Assembly: GCA_965178125.1 (NCBI GenBank)
Contig: OZ237758.1
Coordinates: 806,001-870,000 of the forward strand
Length of the DNA stretch: 64,000 nucleotides
Source: Bilabrum cf. latius
Lineage: Eukaryota
Direction: 5' to 3'
Part shown: piece after piece, positions 12,944-26,336 of the stretch
How the letters are laid out: each line of letters begins with the position of its first letter
Position numbering within the stretch: the stretch's first letter is position 1
Position numbers and translations under genes: made by a program
Notes under the pieces: generated by a model
What the model was told of the DNA's origin: nothing
Databases searched by the model: none
The model's input: only the letters and a program-made list of their open reading frames with translations

Positions 12944-15533
12944 ATGTCTGGGGTAGAGGAGCTAGCAAAGTAGACAAACGATACGCTGATATCGCTATGG
13001 CAGGAGATGGGTGTGGAGGATGCAGAGAGAGAGGAGATATTGGAGCGCCTCCAGGATAGCGTTCGCGGCGTGTACGCAAAGTTTGTAGAAGATGAGGAGG
13101 GCCGGAAGTCTTCCATCGAAAACAAAACTAAGGAATTTAAGGATACGATTCACTAGCTTGCACAATCACTTTTGATTTCAGATGAGACGGTGAGGAGCTT
13201 TGCAGGCTGCAGTTGCCGTTGCAGCCCGAGAATCCAGTGAAGCGCCAAGCATTTTCTCTGTTGCATCTTTCTTATCGCAGCCGGAAAGGGAATCTAGCAC
13301 TCTTATCAAGCACATGGGTGAAGTAGAGGCCCGTTGCAAGGTGCTGCAAGGTATTTTTGACGAGAGGCAGCGCACCCTGTCGCAGCTGCAGGCCGAGTTG
13401 CACGGCCTCTGGGGAGAGCTAGACGCCGAGCACGACACTTCCCTGGAATCAATCGGTGATAAGCTTACAACAACCCGCATGCAGCAGTTCCGCAGCGCCA
13501 TTGCCGCCTCTAAGCAGGAAAAGGAGCAGAGGATCGCAGAGGTGGAGCAGTTGCGCGAGGCCGCGGCGGCTCTGTGGGAGGACTTGGACTGGGAGGCGGG
13601 GACTCCAGCTGTCCCGAAGGAAACGAGCACTGTATCACAATTGTCTACTTCTTCTTCTTCTCCGTCTTCTTCTTCTTCGGATGCGGCAGTGGAGGGAGCC
13701 CCCGCTGCAGCTCCTATCACCACTCAACCTGAAGCCGAGGGTGAGAGCCAGGGTGAGATCAAGGGTGAGAGCCAGCCGGAAGCTGCACTGCCAGCAATGG
13801 AGGAGGAGGGGAAGGCGAAGGAAGAGGGCGAGGAGCAGGAGGAGACCAAGTCCGAGGGGGAGGCAGACGAGGAGGAGGCAGCAGACGCGGAGGAATCCAA
13901 GGACTCGGAGCCAGCAGCCGCGAGCGGGGCCGGGGCCGGTTCCACTGAAGAACTGGAGTCGGCACCAGCCCAAAGTGAGGAGGCAGCCGGCGTGGAACAA
14001 GCGGCAGCCGAGACCGAGGCCGAGGCCGGGGCCGGGGCAAGCACAGCCAGTGCCGCCACGAGCACCGCTGCAATCAGCAAGGAGGCCATCGCTGCGGTTG
14101 CAACCGCAGCAGCGGAGAGCACGGAGGCGGTGGGCGTGTCTCCCTCGAGCATCGCCGCCCTGCACGCCCTGGTCACGGGGCTCGAGGACGAGAAGCAGGA
14201 GCGGGAAGGCGTGATCAAGGGCCTGGGGGAGAGCATCACCGCCCTGTGGGGCAAGCTCAGGACGCCAGCAGAGGACCAGCATGCGTTCCTCGAGTCCCAT
14301 GAGGGCGTGGGCGACTCTACCCTCGCGGCTGTGCGGGGATACCTCCGGGGCCTGGAGGCGGATTTCTCGGCCAAGGTGGTTGAGCTGACGGGCAAGTGCA
14401 GGGAGAGGATCGGTGAGCTGTTCGTGAAGATGAGGGTGGAGGGCGGGGACAGGGAGGACCTGCTCCCCGAGGCCGCCATCCCCCTGCTGGAGGGGCAGAT
14501 CACGGAGGAGATCTACGAGAAGCACATCGCGTTCGAGAAGACGATCGAGGCCAGGCATGCCGTGCTGGCCCCCGCGATCTCTCTCTGGGATAAGAGGCAG
14601 CAGCTGCTGCAGGAGAGGGAAGAGTACCTGCAGATCATTTCGGACCCCAAGCGTCTGCTTTCTCGAGGGGGCGGCGCGGCGCGATTGAGGGAGGAAAAGC
14701 TGGAAAAGAGGATCAAGAAGCTTCTTCCCAACGTCTGCAAGCAGCTGCGCAAGGCTGCAGAGGAGGCCGAGAAGACCAATGGGTTCGAGGTGAGACTCGG
14801 TGGGTGCCGGGTCATTGACGCGCTGGACGAGTTCGAGGCGAGCCAGGCCAAGGGAGCGCAGAAGAAGAAGCAGGAGAAGGAGCAGGCCAAGGCGAGGAGG
14901 AAGAGAGAGACCATGGCGGGGGGAGCAGAAGGGGCCGGCGGGGCTGCGGCTGGCGGTGCTGCCCGCAGGGGCCGCGCCTCTGTGAAGCCGCGCCCGTCCG
15001 CCCGTGCATCTGTGGCCGGCGGTACCTCCGGCACCTCGGCCTCTTCCTCTCTGGCCCGGGCCGGCAGGGGTAGGGCCAGGTCCAGGAGCACGTCCAGCGC
15101 CAGGCAGAGAAAGACGGGCGGCGGAGGTTCGGGTGCTGGCGCGGGCGCCCAGGGGAACAAGAAGGGACCGGTGAAGGCGGCCCTGCGAGCCACGCAGCTG
15201 GGGAACAAGCAGGGGCCCGCCACGGGAGGGCATGGGTCTACCACCGCTGCGGCAGGGGCCAGCAAGGCGGCCGTCCCTCCCGTCGCGAAGAGGAGCGGTG
15301 GCCCTGGTGCTGCTGGCACAAAGGCGAAGGTGCAGGGGGCCAAGAAGAGGAGCGGTGCGAGCAGTGGCACGGCTTCTTCGGATGCCTCTCACTCCGTGGC
15401 GGGGAAGGGAGTGTCCAAGAAGGCAGCTGCGGGGGCTGCGGCTGGCACGCCAGCGGGCGCAGCCACCGACGTCCACGTGACGGACGAGGCTCGCAAGTCG
15501 GCCGCCAAGATCGTGTCTAGCCTTGAGGTGTGA
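12944..15533 (+). CDS. PRC1: PRC1/MAP65/Ase1 microtubule cross-linker; join(12944..13189,13281..15533)
   Basis: N-terminal LISLWQEMGV..ER and the signature DPKRLLSRGG..RLREEKLEKRIKKLLP. GT-AG intron at 13190-13280. In-frame TAG at 12971 and 13154. Ends TGA. Confidence 0.85.
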
Positions 15534-16252
15534 CGAGAGGCTTGGTTGGATCAGCGTCGCAGTGGTGAGGAAGCTGGGTGGGATTGGGCAGGAGCGGTGT
15601 TGGATTGAAGAGCGGTGAGTGTTAGATCAGACATAAACTACCATACCATTCAATGCTGGTGGGGATCGGAGAACTATGGTACTAGGTACTGGTATTAAGG
15701 AGACAGAGTCTGATTCGTTGTTGACGTCAAATGAGATGATAAGCGTCTGTGCGATGAGGATGGCTCTGCGAAGAAGGAGAACGCCGCAACACCTTGTCCG
15801 TAGGTGGGAAGAGGAATTGTAGCGTTAGACATCGTAATCTGATTAACGGAAGAGGCAGGCCACGAAGAGTGGAGGTTGGCATTTCTCCAGTCAATCGCCT
15901 CCATTCGGGGTGGAAGAGCTCAGGACTGACAGATCGTCTTGAATTCTTTTTGTTGTGGTCTCATGTCTTCGGGTGCGGGTGCAGATACAGTTCAGCCGGA
16001 GCGCTAGGGCGTAAAAGAAGCTTTCATGGAAGTCACGATGTCAATTTATTCCTTCTTCGCATACCGCCAGCGTTTGCCGGCTGCTTGCCACGTGGATCCT
16101 GAGCTGCACAACGTGAGCCAAGTCTACCTTACACATACCATGTGTGAAAGCCCGCGCTAATTTCGGATCCCAGCGTCCTTTGTACGGTTGGGTTTTATGC
16201 AACATTAAGTTGGCAATTCGGATTTTCTCAAATCATAGGCCTAGATCTACGG

Positions 16253-16300
16253 TATCTGTGAGCCATATATCTGTGAGCCGTATATCTGTGAGCCGTATAT
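16253..16300. repeat. 15-bp tandem repeat (TATCTGTGAGCCRTA) x3
   Basis: Directly visible in the intergenic DNA upstream of the kinase-like gene. Confidence 0.9.
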
Positions 16301-16513
16301 GTGAGGACTGTATAGTTGTAGCGTTTCATCCGTGATTTGAGCTTCAAATGGCAGCCGTGTACCAGCTATACTTGCGATAGGGTGCTGTGTACAACGTGTG
16401 ATCTCAGCGATACTTGTAGAGAGAGTTATTTTGCAAGATACCTGTCAATGCCACAGATCCGTATAGAACAAACATGACAGCAGGTCGTTTTGCTGCTGAT
16501 TATTGTCCGCAGG

Positions 16514-18691
16514 ATGGCTTTGCCTCCACAGTTCCCGCCGCTGATTGCTAGAATCCACGCTTTTACGAGGATTGGAACGCGCCAACAACGGCGAAGCTGC
16601 GGCAAGCAATTCCTCCAGCGCTGCTCAAACCCTGTACAGCTTTCTTATAGCGAGAATGGGGTTGTGTACAAGGTTCTGGTGGGCATGGGCGGACCGGACA
16701 GGGGTGTGTCCCACATTGCCATCAAGGCTGTCCAGGAGGGTAGACTCACAAGGCTTGGAATCGAGACGGTCGATTAGGAAAAAGAGTACCAGGTTCTCAC
16801 CAAGCTTGGTGTTCACCGAAACGTCATGCGAATCGTCTTTGAATGCATCGCAGAACCGCCGCAGTGGTTGCCAGTGGACGAAGCACAGCCTCGCAGATAG
16901 GCTAGCACTTTGCCATCGGACACAGAGCCGCATGGCCACACGGGCCCCCCTAGCCTCGACTTGGATCCAGTAGACCGCGAACATCCAGCGGACGCCCGTG
17001 TCTAGCTGATTGGTACCGAGCTGTTTGATAAGCGGATGAGCGAGCACATGAAGACCTTCGACGGAGGCAAAATACCGTCAAGAATCCTGTTGCATCTGTC
17101 GTGCGACATCGCGGAGGGCTTGCACCACCTCCTCAAGCACGGTGTAGTGCATCGCGACCTGAATCTAAGCAAGGTCATGTGGGACTCGAAGGGGGGTCCG
17201 GAGGGCGTTGGTCGGGCGGTGCTGATCGACCTAGCGCGCAGCCTTCGCATTACTAGCCAAGGCGATGAAATCACAGTGCGTAGAGCGCTCGATAAAGTCA
17301 CCTTCAAGTACCTGGAACAGCACAAAGATGGGCTGGGCGGCAATCAGGCCCACCTGGCCCCAGAGGTGCTGGACGGGTGGAGCAAGGGCTAGGACGGGGA
17401 TGCCGCAGCGATAGTGCCGTTCGGGATGCAGTCGTCGTGGGAATTGGGCGTGGTGCTGCACGAGCTGGCCACGGGAGGGCAGCACCCATTCGGGGAATAG
17501 TATCCTCATAAGCTGCACGACGGCACATCACTACCAAAGGGAGGTGTCCTGGACACCCTTCGCTCCTGCACGACACCCGCGCCGAGCAGGCCGCTACTCA
17601 CCACAAGGCCGCCGGGGCTGGTTAGGGTGATAGATGGCCTGCTGAAAGTGGACCCGGCTAAGCGGATGAATGTAATGCAAGCTGTTGCGGCACTCCGGAA
17701 TGAAATCAACCCACCGAGTGATGCTTCTCGGCGGACGTGCAGCTGGGCGGTGATGATCATGTGGTTGGGAGTCATCATGGTCTGCAGCATCTGTGCCATG
17801 CTATATCTCAGGAGCGATGCGATGAGCACGCTATTTCGCAGCGCGGCCCCTTGCGCGCCCGAGTCGATCGGCCGTCTCGTTGACGATATGCTCTAGTAGG
17901 ACGTGTTGGCCGCCGAAAAAGCGGTCATTTAGATGACAAGAATATGCAAGGATATCAGCCCAGATGCTCTCATCGGCGCGGAGGTAGGTCCTGGCCTGGT
18001 TCGACTGCTGCGTCAGGACCCAAATGCGCCCGCTAGCAGCCGGAGCGGGAAGGCACAGGCCGACGCTCTCTCGCTCATGAAGTTGCTTGCAGCAGACCAC
18101 AGATACATGCGGCGCATGCTGGTAGATGCGCAAGCAGCAAAACCGCTCGTCAATTTGCTTTAGCGCGGGCCGACTTTAGTGTCCAGGAATGCAGCTGCAG
18201 CCGTCGCTGAGATCGCCCTCGGCCCACGCGACCAGGTGCAGATTCTTCTGCAGGCGAACGTGTCCACGGCACTGGTTCAGCTGCTAGATTCTGGCAATGA
18301 GCACATCGTGAACCACGCTGCTGCTGCTCTCGACCGTCTTTCTGAGAAGGATCACGCGTGCAAGAGCCGGCTCGTCGCTTCCGGCGCTGTGCATGCCCTC
18401 GGTGAGGTGGTCAAGTTCTACCCCCGCTGGAATGCGTCCGCGCACGCAGAGTCAGCACTCACGCATTTGAAAGGGGTAACCGTAGATGAGGAGCCGTCTG
18501 AGTCCAAGCCCCAGTCCACGTCCTTGTCCTGGTTGTGGTCTTGGTTCTTGTCCAACCAAAAGGAGCTTTGGAAGGCCGCTGCCGTGCTTGTGGGTGCTGG
18601 CACATTATTACACGAATTCGTGCATAAGGGTAGTAGCATGCTGGTTGCGGTCAAAATGGCACGTGCGGTCTGGAGAGCTTGCAAGGACTGA
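16514..18691 (+). CDS. Protein kinase-like domain (PINK1-like features, likely pseudokinase) + TM helix + armadillo-like repeats; start uncertain
   Basis: One frame with 9 TAGs (16775, 16898, 17003, 17390, 17498, 17894, 17897, 17930, 18161), ending TGA. Kinase motifs in order across the TAGs: NGVVYKV, IAIK, HRNVMRI, HRDL, LIDLA, GGNQAHLAPE, WELGVVLHEL..HPF, DPAKR. Then a hydrophobic helix and ARM-like repeats. Confidence 0.75.
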
Positions 18692-18917
18692 TTCGCTCAG
18701 TAGATCAGTGCAGGGTATAGAACCTGGTGTCCAGCTCATGGGGGCTGCCTCCGTCCACGTCGCATTGCCGAGAGACAGCCGCTCAGCGCAGTGCACCCGA
18801 CTGGGCTTGCAGTGCTGCGACCACAACTTCAGTTCAAGATGAAGATAACAGAACCTAAGATTTGTTTACGCTCAACTTGCTCACGACTGCACGCCTCTTT
18901 ATTGTGCCGATTAGGCA

Positions 18918-21900
18918 ATGTGCAAGTCTAATTCTAAGCTGATCCTGGCCCCGAGGTATCCCGGGCCCAGATTTCCAGCCTTAGCTGTTGCCCTGACAGC
19001 AACGATACTTCTGTCGCTCGTTTATGAAGCTGACAGTTTCTCTACCAGCGGCCATGAACCTTACCTAAATGAGACCACTACTGCTCTCATTTAGACAGGA
19101 AGCGGAGATCCTGCAACCGCATCGGGCGTCGCTGCTATCGCTATAGCTGGCGTTGGCGCTGGTGTTGCAGTGCTGTCAACAACCCTCAAAATTGCTGGAG
19201 CAGTGGCTCACGCGGTTGAGGTGAGATTGAGGATATGTTTCAATTGCGTTTAAAAGTTGTGTTGCATTCATCGTGGAACTGGTGTTTGAAAAGCGTGCTC
19301 ATATGGCGAGCCAGTGTGCGCCGGCTCCTTGCATTGCGGTGTGAACTGGCGTCGTCAGCATGTATTTGCAGCGATTTATCAGGGACAAAACTAGATTTCG
19401 TACATAACGCAGCAAAACCACCGGAAAAAATCGATCCTAGGTGCTGTCAAGGCGATGCAGCAAGTAGGTGATCGGGTCGGCGACGTCGAGGTGAGGTGAA
19501 TGTTCGACATCATGCCATCTTGCACTATGCTAAACTAGAGATTCAGCGCATTGGCACCCTCAGATCTACGGCAAATACTCATCGTGATTCACGCAGGCAA
19601 GAACCGCACAGCTGTGCGGCAGGCTAGACGGCTTCCTGACCAACCGAGTATGGACGGGGGACGCCTCCAAGGACGCCGTGTTCGCTCGCGAAGCTATGGT
19701 GTCGTCTGCACTCTGCGGCGGCAAAGTCCACGAAGTCAGTGAGCTGCAGGAGCTGTACGAAGGCGTGCAGCAGCAGCTGCTGGACCGCACTGCGCTCGAG
19801 GCCGTGGTCACCAAGGCAGCCTCCAAGCAGTCCAAGCAGCTCCACGGCTCCAAACTTGAAGACAAGGACCCTACCCAGGACGAGGGCTACTTTCGCAGCG
19901 CGCTGAAAGACAGGTCGCCCACGGAACTAGCCGTTGAGATCCGCCGCAAGATGGTCGCAACTATCAGGCAGATGGACCTGGCGGGCGGCGGGGCAGCGGG
20001 GACCTTCCGCGCCCGTAGTCTCATGTTCTTTGCCAGCGCAAGGGAGGCCGCCATCTCCAGATCTGCGCTGGAATCTGCAGGCATGACGGCCCCGAACAGC
20101 GGGCTCCTCACCGCTGAAACGATGCAGGCAGCAACTCGCACGCTGCAGCGTAGGCTGAAACAAGCAGAATATGAACTGGGCGACTATGAGGAACTGGACG
20201 GGGACGACATGGAGAACCACGCGTACTACCTGGTAAAAGACCACCCAGGAAGAGACCTGTCTTTCTACGAACGGAACCAGTTCAAACACGTCGGTGTCGA
20301 GGCGCTCAGGGAGCCGCCCGCTGAACCGGAGGAACAAGACAGCGGCAAGCTGGCCAAGATCAAGAGAAAGCTGAGGAACGGGCTCAACAGCGTGAAGAGC
20401 GCCCTGAGCAGGGCGCCCTCCTACTTGGCGAAGGCGGTCGCACCGGCCACCATGGCAGAGGGGTACTACTACCAGCAGACTGGCTACAACTTCGACAGGG
20501 CTGCATTCGCCGAGGAGGTCCTAGGCTCGGAAGCCGCCACTGCCAACGGCGTGCTCACTGCCCCCGTGGACGATATGCGCGAGGAGTACGTTGGATGGTG
20601 CGGAAGCATCGCCGCGAATGCAGTGTACAGCTCCTCCATGTCGAAGAAAGAGAAGGCTGCGAGCCCCTTCCACAAGCAGCTGCCCGTGAGGCGAGCCGAG
20701 TTGCAGAAGCTCTTTACGGTGCCGCTGCGAGAGCTCCTGTCGTCAGAGGCCGACACCACCTTGAGAGCTTTGAAGAGGCACTTTAAAGCCTAGGGGGAGC
20801 CTTTTTCAGTGGACCAGAGCGTCAGCCTGCTGCCGCTCCTCTACGAGTCAGGAAGGGCGCTCCCGTCCTTCGACCTCGCGCGCACGTGCCCCGGCGCTTC
20901 CTCCGCGTCTGTGCTCCAGGCCGTGCGGTCCTCCCTCGCCTCTCTGAGCTCCGTGGGCGGGACAAACCCACCGACGATCAGCAAGAAAGACGTCTTCGTT
21001 GATGCAGGGACGGAGCTCGGTATCGCGGTGGCGACAACTCTGATGTCAAAGGCGTCTTCCATTGGGTTTGCCGCAGCCCAGGCTGCAGTGCTTGGCAAAG
21101 ACGTGGGCCAAGCCGTGGTAGTCGGGCTGACTAATTCTGTGACGCAGGTGACGATGGGCGGTAACCCGTACGTAGCTGCTGCGTCATTGCTGTACAGCCT
21201 GGTAGGCTTGCTCGAGACATCCATGGAGCTGGGCAAGCAGGTGAAAACTGACATCAAGCTGAGCCAAGCACTCTCGATGCACCTTCTCGACCTAAAAGAA
21301 AAGTCGGCCTACGTATCGTGCGTCCAGCTGGAGGGCTATCGCGCCGACTTGTTGGGCGTCCTCCACGGCTTGGATGCTGTGGGCTCGGACGGCAAGCGGC
21401 TCGGATTCGACTCAAAGACGGCGCTAGATCGCGGCTCCCCCCTGCTGTCCACGCACTTGGACATGGGAGAGCCGGCGGACACGTGCGGACCCGACTCAAA
21501 TGGAGGTCAAGGCAGATCGACCTACACGTTCAACACCATGGCAGGCAAGCAGGCAGCGGCCGGACCTGTCCGCTCGCTGCTTCGGCTGGTGCAGGACGTG
21601 CTGCTGGACCTGGGCTGCCACGCAACGTACGCAGGCAGGAAGGCGCTGCCTGAGGGTCTGGGGTACGACGGAGTCGATGCTACGGGCGAGAAGAAACGAA
21701 CCACGTTCGGCAGCAGCTACTGGAACAAGATCAAGCAGTACACTACGGCTGACAGCACGCCCATCCTGGGCGGGAGGTCCGTCGTGTTCAATGCCGCCAA
21801 GTCCATCGCGGTCACAGAGCAGGGCAATCATGCCGCCAAGCATGACGCGGTGCACGTGCGGTCGAAGGTGCCTGGAATTGACTCGGACAGGCAGTTCCAG

Positions 21901-24900
21901 GTGCACAGGGTCGTTGACGTGATGGCATACCGATTCGATGATCCTCGTCTGTCCACGGATGCCTCAGCACTCGACCGGAGCCTTCGCGACGTGTGGTCGA
22001 ACAAGGGCAACGCGCTCGGGTTGCGACTCGTCGAGCGCCTGAACGAGGACAAGTACGCCACGATCGAGGTCCCCGCCATCGGACTGAAAAAAGGGGACAG
22101 GGGCTACGTTGGCAAGGTCAAGACCGAGGGCGGCCACTCTTACGCGCTTCCCCTTGGCCTCCTGTCAGTGCGATACGAGACCAAAGGAGAGGCAAAGGCA
22201 CGTGGCACCCCGCTGGATGCCGCGCTGCAGGACCTCGGGATGCAGGCAGTCCCGGTGAAATCACGCCCTGCCATCACAGGTCTCGTGGGCGGGGACGTTG
22301 CCCGATACGGGAAGCAGTCCATCTGGACCAAGCTGAAGAAGCTGCCGGTCATTGGGATTGCTAGCGGATCCATGCGGCGAGGCATCGCACAGAAGATGCC
22401 TTTGCTTGGCAAGAACCTGGAGCACAAGCACATGTACAAGTCTGACCACGTCAGTGCGATGGATCTATTCGGGATCGGGCATCCTGCCTGGCACAGCGCG
22501 GCATACACGGGCGAGGGCACGGGCGACGTCCCCATCAGCGACTTGCACATGTTCATGGCTCAGTTTATCGATAGCAGCTCGGAGAGCGGGCAGGGCGGCT
22601 TACCGGGCGCATTCAGCCCCAGCTACAGGGCCTACGGCCAGGCGCAGTGGTACGCAGCGACGAGCCCGGCGGACGCCAATATGGAGGACGGCCTCCTCGA
22701 GTTTGTGGAAGCGGCCTCCGTCATGGACAATTACTACATGGGCAGCGCCGGTGACGAGTAGATCTTCACTCCGACTGGATTCAGCCGCGCTGTACCCTAC
22801 GGGAAGTACGCCGGCGAGCAGGACGTGGCCAAGGAGGACTATCACGATTTGAGCCAGGCACTGGTGGGACTGCTGGCGAACGGGCCGCCGGTCGTGCGTC
22901 TAGAGCTGTCGAAGAAACCCGCGCCCCTGCCGTGGTCATCGGAGGCACGGGGGGACAGGAAGAAGGGCCTAAGGACCTACAGCATCCGGTGGAGGCTCCC
23001 ACGTGTCTCCACCACTGTGGGGGACAAGCTTAAGTCCTGGTTCAAGGGGGCGAAAATAGAAAAATTCGAGTCTAGAGGGCAGCGCACCTCGAACGACATT
23101 CCGGTGTACCTTCACGTCACTCGCGATTATTCCGTGCCTCGGCTGCAGCCTGAAGACATCAAGACCCGAGCCGACGCATTCGTGAAGCACGCTCCCGTAG
23201 CTCAGTGCATCGCGGCATCGGACCGGCGTCTTGAAGACGATCTCGAAAATCTGGAGATCATTGAGCTCATGCAGCGTGATGGACACGGAGCAGGATCCCA
23301 GGGCGGCCTGCAAGTGTGCTCGGGGCATGGCCGCTGCTCCTTCGTCCCGGCAGGCAGAGCCTCCCTGGTGGCACAGATTCAGGTGCCCCAATCGCACGGC
23401 TCTCTGCGCATGCTGTGTGACTGCGATGCAGGGTACGAGGGAGTCCATTGCGAGAAGCAGTCAGCACCTCTCGGGTTTGCCGCCCTTGTTCCTGGTTGGC
23501 AGTCCATCGTGGGGCGCGGGCGGATGGAAGATTCCTACTGGATGGCGGGGCCTCTCAATGGCAAGGAGAACCAAGCTAGCAAGTATGCCTTCCACCGCGG
23601 TGTGGCCACGCTCATGGCCGTGGTGGGCGGGACGGATCTAGCGGCAGACCCCTCTACTGGAAAGCCCCTCAAGGGCGACTCTGAAAATGTGAAGGCTCGG
23701 TTGGGAACCGGGTTGCAGCTGCATCAGACAGCGATGCGGGCGAGAGAAGCGATGCTTGCGGATCTGGCGTGGTCGCAAGAGCCGTCATGCAGCTTGATTG
23801 GCATGAAGGCGTTTACCGGTGACAGCGTCAGCAACGATGATGACGACGATAGTGCAGAGGAAGAAGACAGCGTCGCCGTCGTGCACCGGGCCCTCCGTGT
23901 AGCAATGACTTCTGCAGCCAAGGCTGTGGCCAGCAGCAAGCTGGATGGCGCGTCGCTGATGGCCACCCGTAAGATTTTGGAAGGAGGCGACAAGGCCAGG
24001 GCGATGGTAGGGGGCATTGCAGGCACGCTGCAGGCCAGCATAGAGCAAGCGAACGACCAGGCAGCGCGAACGTTTTGGCAGCGATGCGCACGGAAATGGA
24101 GTGGTCAGTCTGGGCTGTCACTGTTTGATCCTGCAAGCAGCAAGTCGATCGATGGGAAGAAGGTCGATGCAGCGCCCAAAGCGCTGCCGAATGGGCCCGA
24201 GCAGGTGGGCCTGGATACTGTCCGCGTGGCCGTCCTGCACCTGGCCAAAGCCATCGAGACGGGGCTGAATCGGGATGCAGAAGACAAATCAGGCAAAGTG
24301 AGTGCTGCCACGGGCGGACTGGCACACCTGGGCAAAGTGGTGCTCGGGCTGGATCCGACCAAGGCCATCGAGACGAAGAAGTTGTCCGTGGTGGAGAGCG
24401 ACAAAGAAGAACACAGCAGCGAAACATCCCGAGAGTAGGAGGAGAGCATCGTCGAGGAGCAAGAGAAAGAAGACGAAAAGAGTCTCATCGATGAGTCCAT
24501 CAAGCTGATGCAGGTGCAGGCTGGTGCTACTAGGCTCGCTCGCAAGAACCGCCATCGCGGCTCAGAGGACCATTCCGCCAGCACAAGCCATGCTACTGCG
24601 AGCGAGACGAAGATTGTTGCTGAGTATCTTCGCTTGTACGCATCGGGCCTGGCAATGCTCGCCAAGTCTGATGCCATTTCCAATGCCGATGCCCGACAAG
24701 TCACCGAGCACGCCCTGTCGTCTCCCCTCGCTCGTGCGGGGGATCTCCTAGCGATCTCAATGCTGCACAAGCAGTCGCCGTATCTCATCCTGTCCTCTGA
24801 CGCTTCGAAGAAGAGAAAGGAGGAGGGGAGGATCCTTGCGTTTGCGGGGCCATTCGACCTAGTGATGGCGCTCACTGGCACGGATCCAGAGCAAGCCAGC

Positions 24901-26124
24901 GACTTGATGAATACGATCCTGCCCGAGCGGGCCGTCGTGTCGGCCAAGAAGACGAATGGGGATAAGGTTCGGGGATCGCTGTCCGTCAGGCGGCGAGACC
25001 TCATGCCCCTCGTGGTGCACGCGCACGTGACGGAGAGCAAGTCCGGCCCTGAGGCCTTCTTCGGCGTGCTGCAAGATGGCGAGCCTGGTGCCATGGCCGT
25101 GCACGCAATGACCGACATACTACGCGAGAAGGACAGCATTATTGATGATATTACGTCGGCAGAGGTGCTGAAGCGGTTTGATCCCTCTGAATCGCGACGA
25201 AGCGTTGTGCGCCTCGTGTCGGAGCAGGAGGTGCTGGACGACCTGCTTGCCGCCAACGTCATTCCCGATGCGGCCTAGGAGCTCGTCCGGAGCAGCAACT
25301 CAGCCGAGAATCCCAGCCAGCCCGACGCCGACCAGTGGGAGGGTTGCGGGTACCAGCCTCTGCATGAGGTGGGCGGGCTCAACGCGCTGATGGACGTGCT
25401 GGGTGGGGCTGCCGCTGGTGTGGCAGACTCGGTGCAGGCGAAGAACGAGCAAAAAGGACCCAATCAGCAGGCACGAGATGTCGTATCGCAGCAACTAAGG
25501 CAGCTAGGCGGGAGCACATTGATCAGTGGGGTTGACGAGAAGCAAGTGGATGTGGTCGACGATAAGAAAGTGGATGTGGTCGACGATAAGAAAGTGGATG
25601 TGGTTGACAAGAAGGACACGGTGAGATCTCTCGTCCTCCCGAAAGGTGTCACGAAGGGGAAGGCTGCCTCCGACGGGAACTGCCTCTTCGATTCCCTCGG
25701 CCAGGTCATCAAGGGCGTCAAGCAGCTGCACGACAAGAGCAAGCTGAGCCCAACGAGCGTACGCAATGCCGCTGTGGGCCGACTCAGCGAAGTCCTCTCG
25801 GATGGCATGCTGTCGCTGCTGGGCGTTGAGACCCTGAGAACGAAGAAGGGCCTGAAGACCGTGGCGGACCTGAAGCAGTACAAAAGCTCGATGAAGAAGG
25901 ACGGGACGTGGGGCGGTGAGCCCGAGGTGGCAGCTGCAGCGCTTGCGTTTGACGTGACGGTGGTGGTCTTCGCAAGCGACCTGCGCAAGCCAGTGGTGTA
26001 CAACTATGACGCCAAGGCAAAGGAGAAGAAAGATATCGTGGCGGTTTGCCTCAAGGGAGACCACTACAGCCCGTGCTTCGCCACGCAGGATGTGCTCGAG
26101 AACGCCATCCAGTCAGCGCAGTGA
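18918..26124 (+). CDS. ~2320-aa putative secreted protein with an EGF-like module and a C-terminal OTU cysteine protease; join(18918..19220,19359..19490,19597..26124)
   Basis: Five ORFs in one frame, separated by TAG (20791, 22759, 24436, 25276). Two frame-preserving GT-AG introns and a signal-like N-terminus. CSGHGRC..CDCDAGYEGVHCE at ~23317-23455. OTU motifs DGNCLF (25672), WGGEPE and HY (26062). Ends TGA. The 5' exons are less certain. Confidence 0.75.
25546..25614 (+). repeat. 24-bp coding tandem repeat (VDVVDDKK) x~3
   Basis: GTGGATGTGGTCGACGATAAGAAA is repeated just before the OTU domain. Confidence 0.85.
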
Positions 26125-26336
26125 GTCGGGCAGGCGAGAGGCTTTAGCCAGGGTCTGCATGGCGCTGCGCCCTGGCGCCAGTACGGCTGTGAAAAGCGCT
26201 TTCCTAAACATTCAGAATCAATAACGATCAATGATTTGCTATCCATTTTCTGTCTAATTCAGCGAGTATCCAACCTGGCACGCGTCTCATGGATCGGATT
26301 ACTAGATTCACTCGGAATCAGAACGGACCGCGCTGT

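Noticed and set aside
13635-15476. Long antisense or alternative-frame ORFs (also 42416-43963, 58799-61135, 35505-36731)
   Set aside because: They are shadows of GC-rich coding sequence on the opposite strand with no recognisable domains.
15534-16250. Small gene in the PRC1-kinase interval
   Set aside because: Only short ORFs without coding-like composition or motifs.
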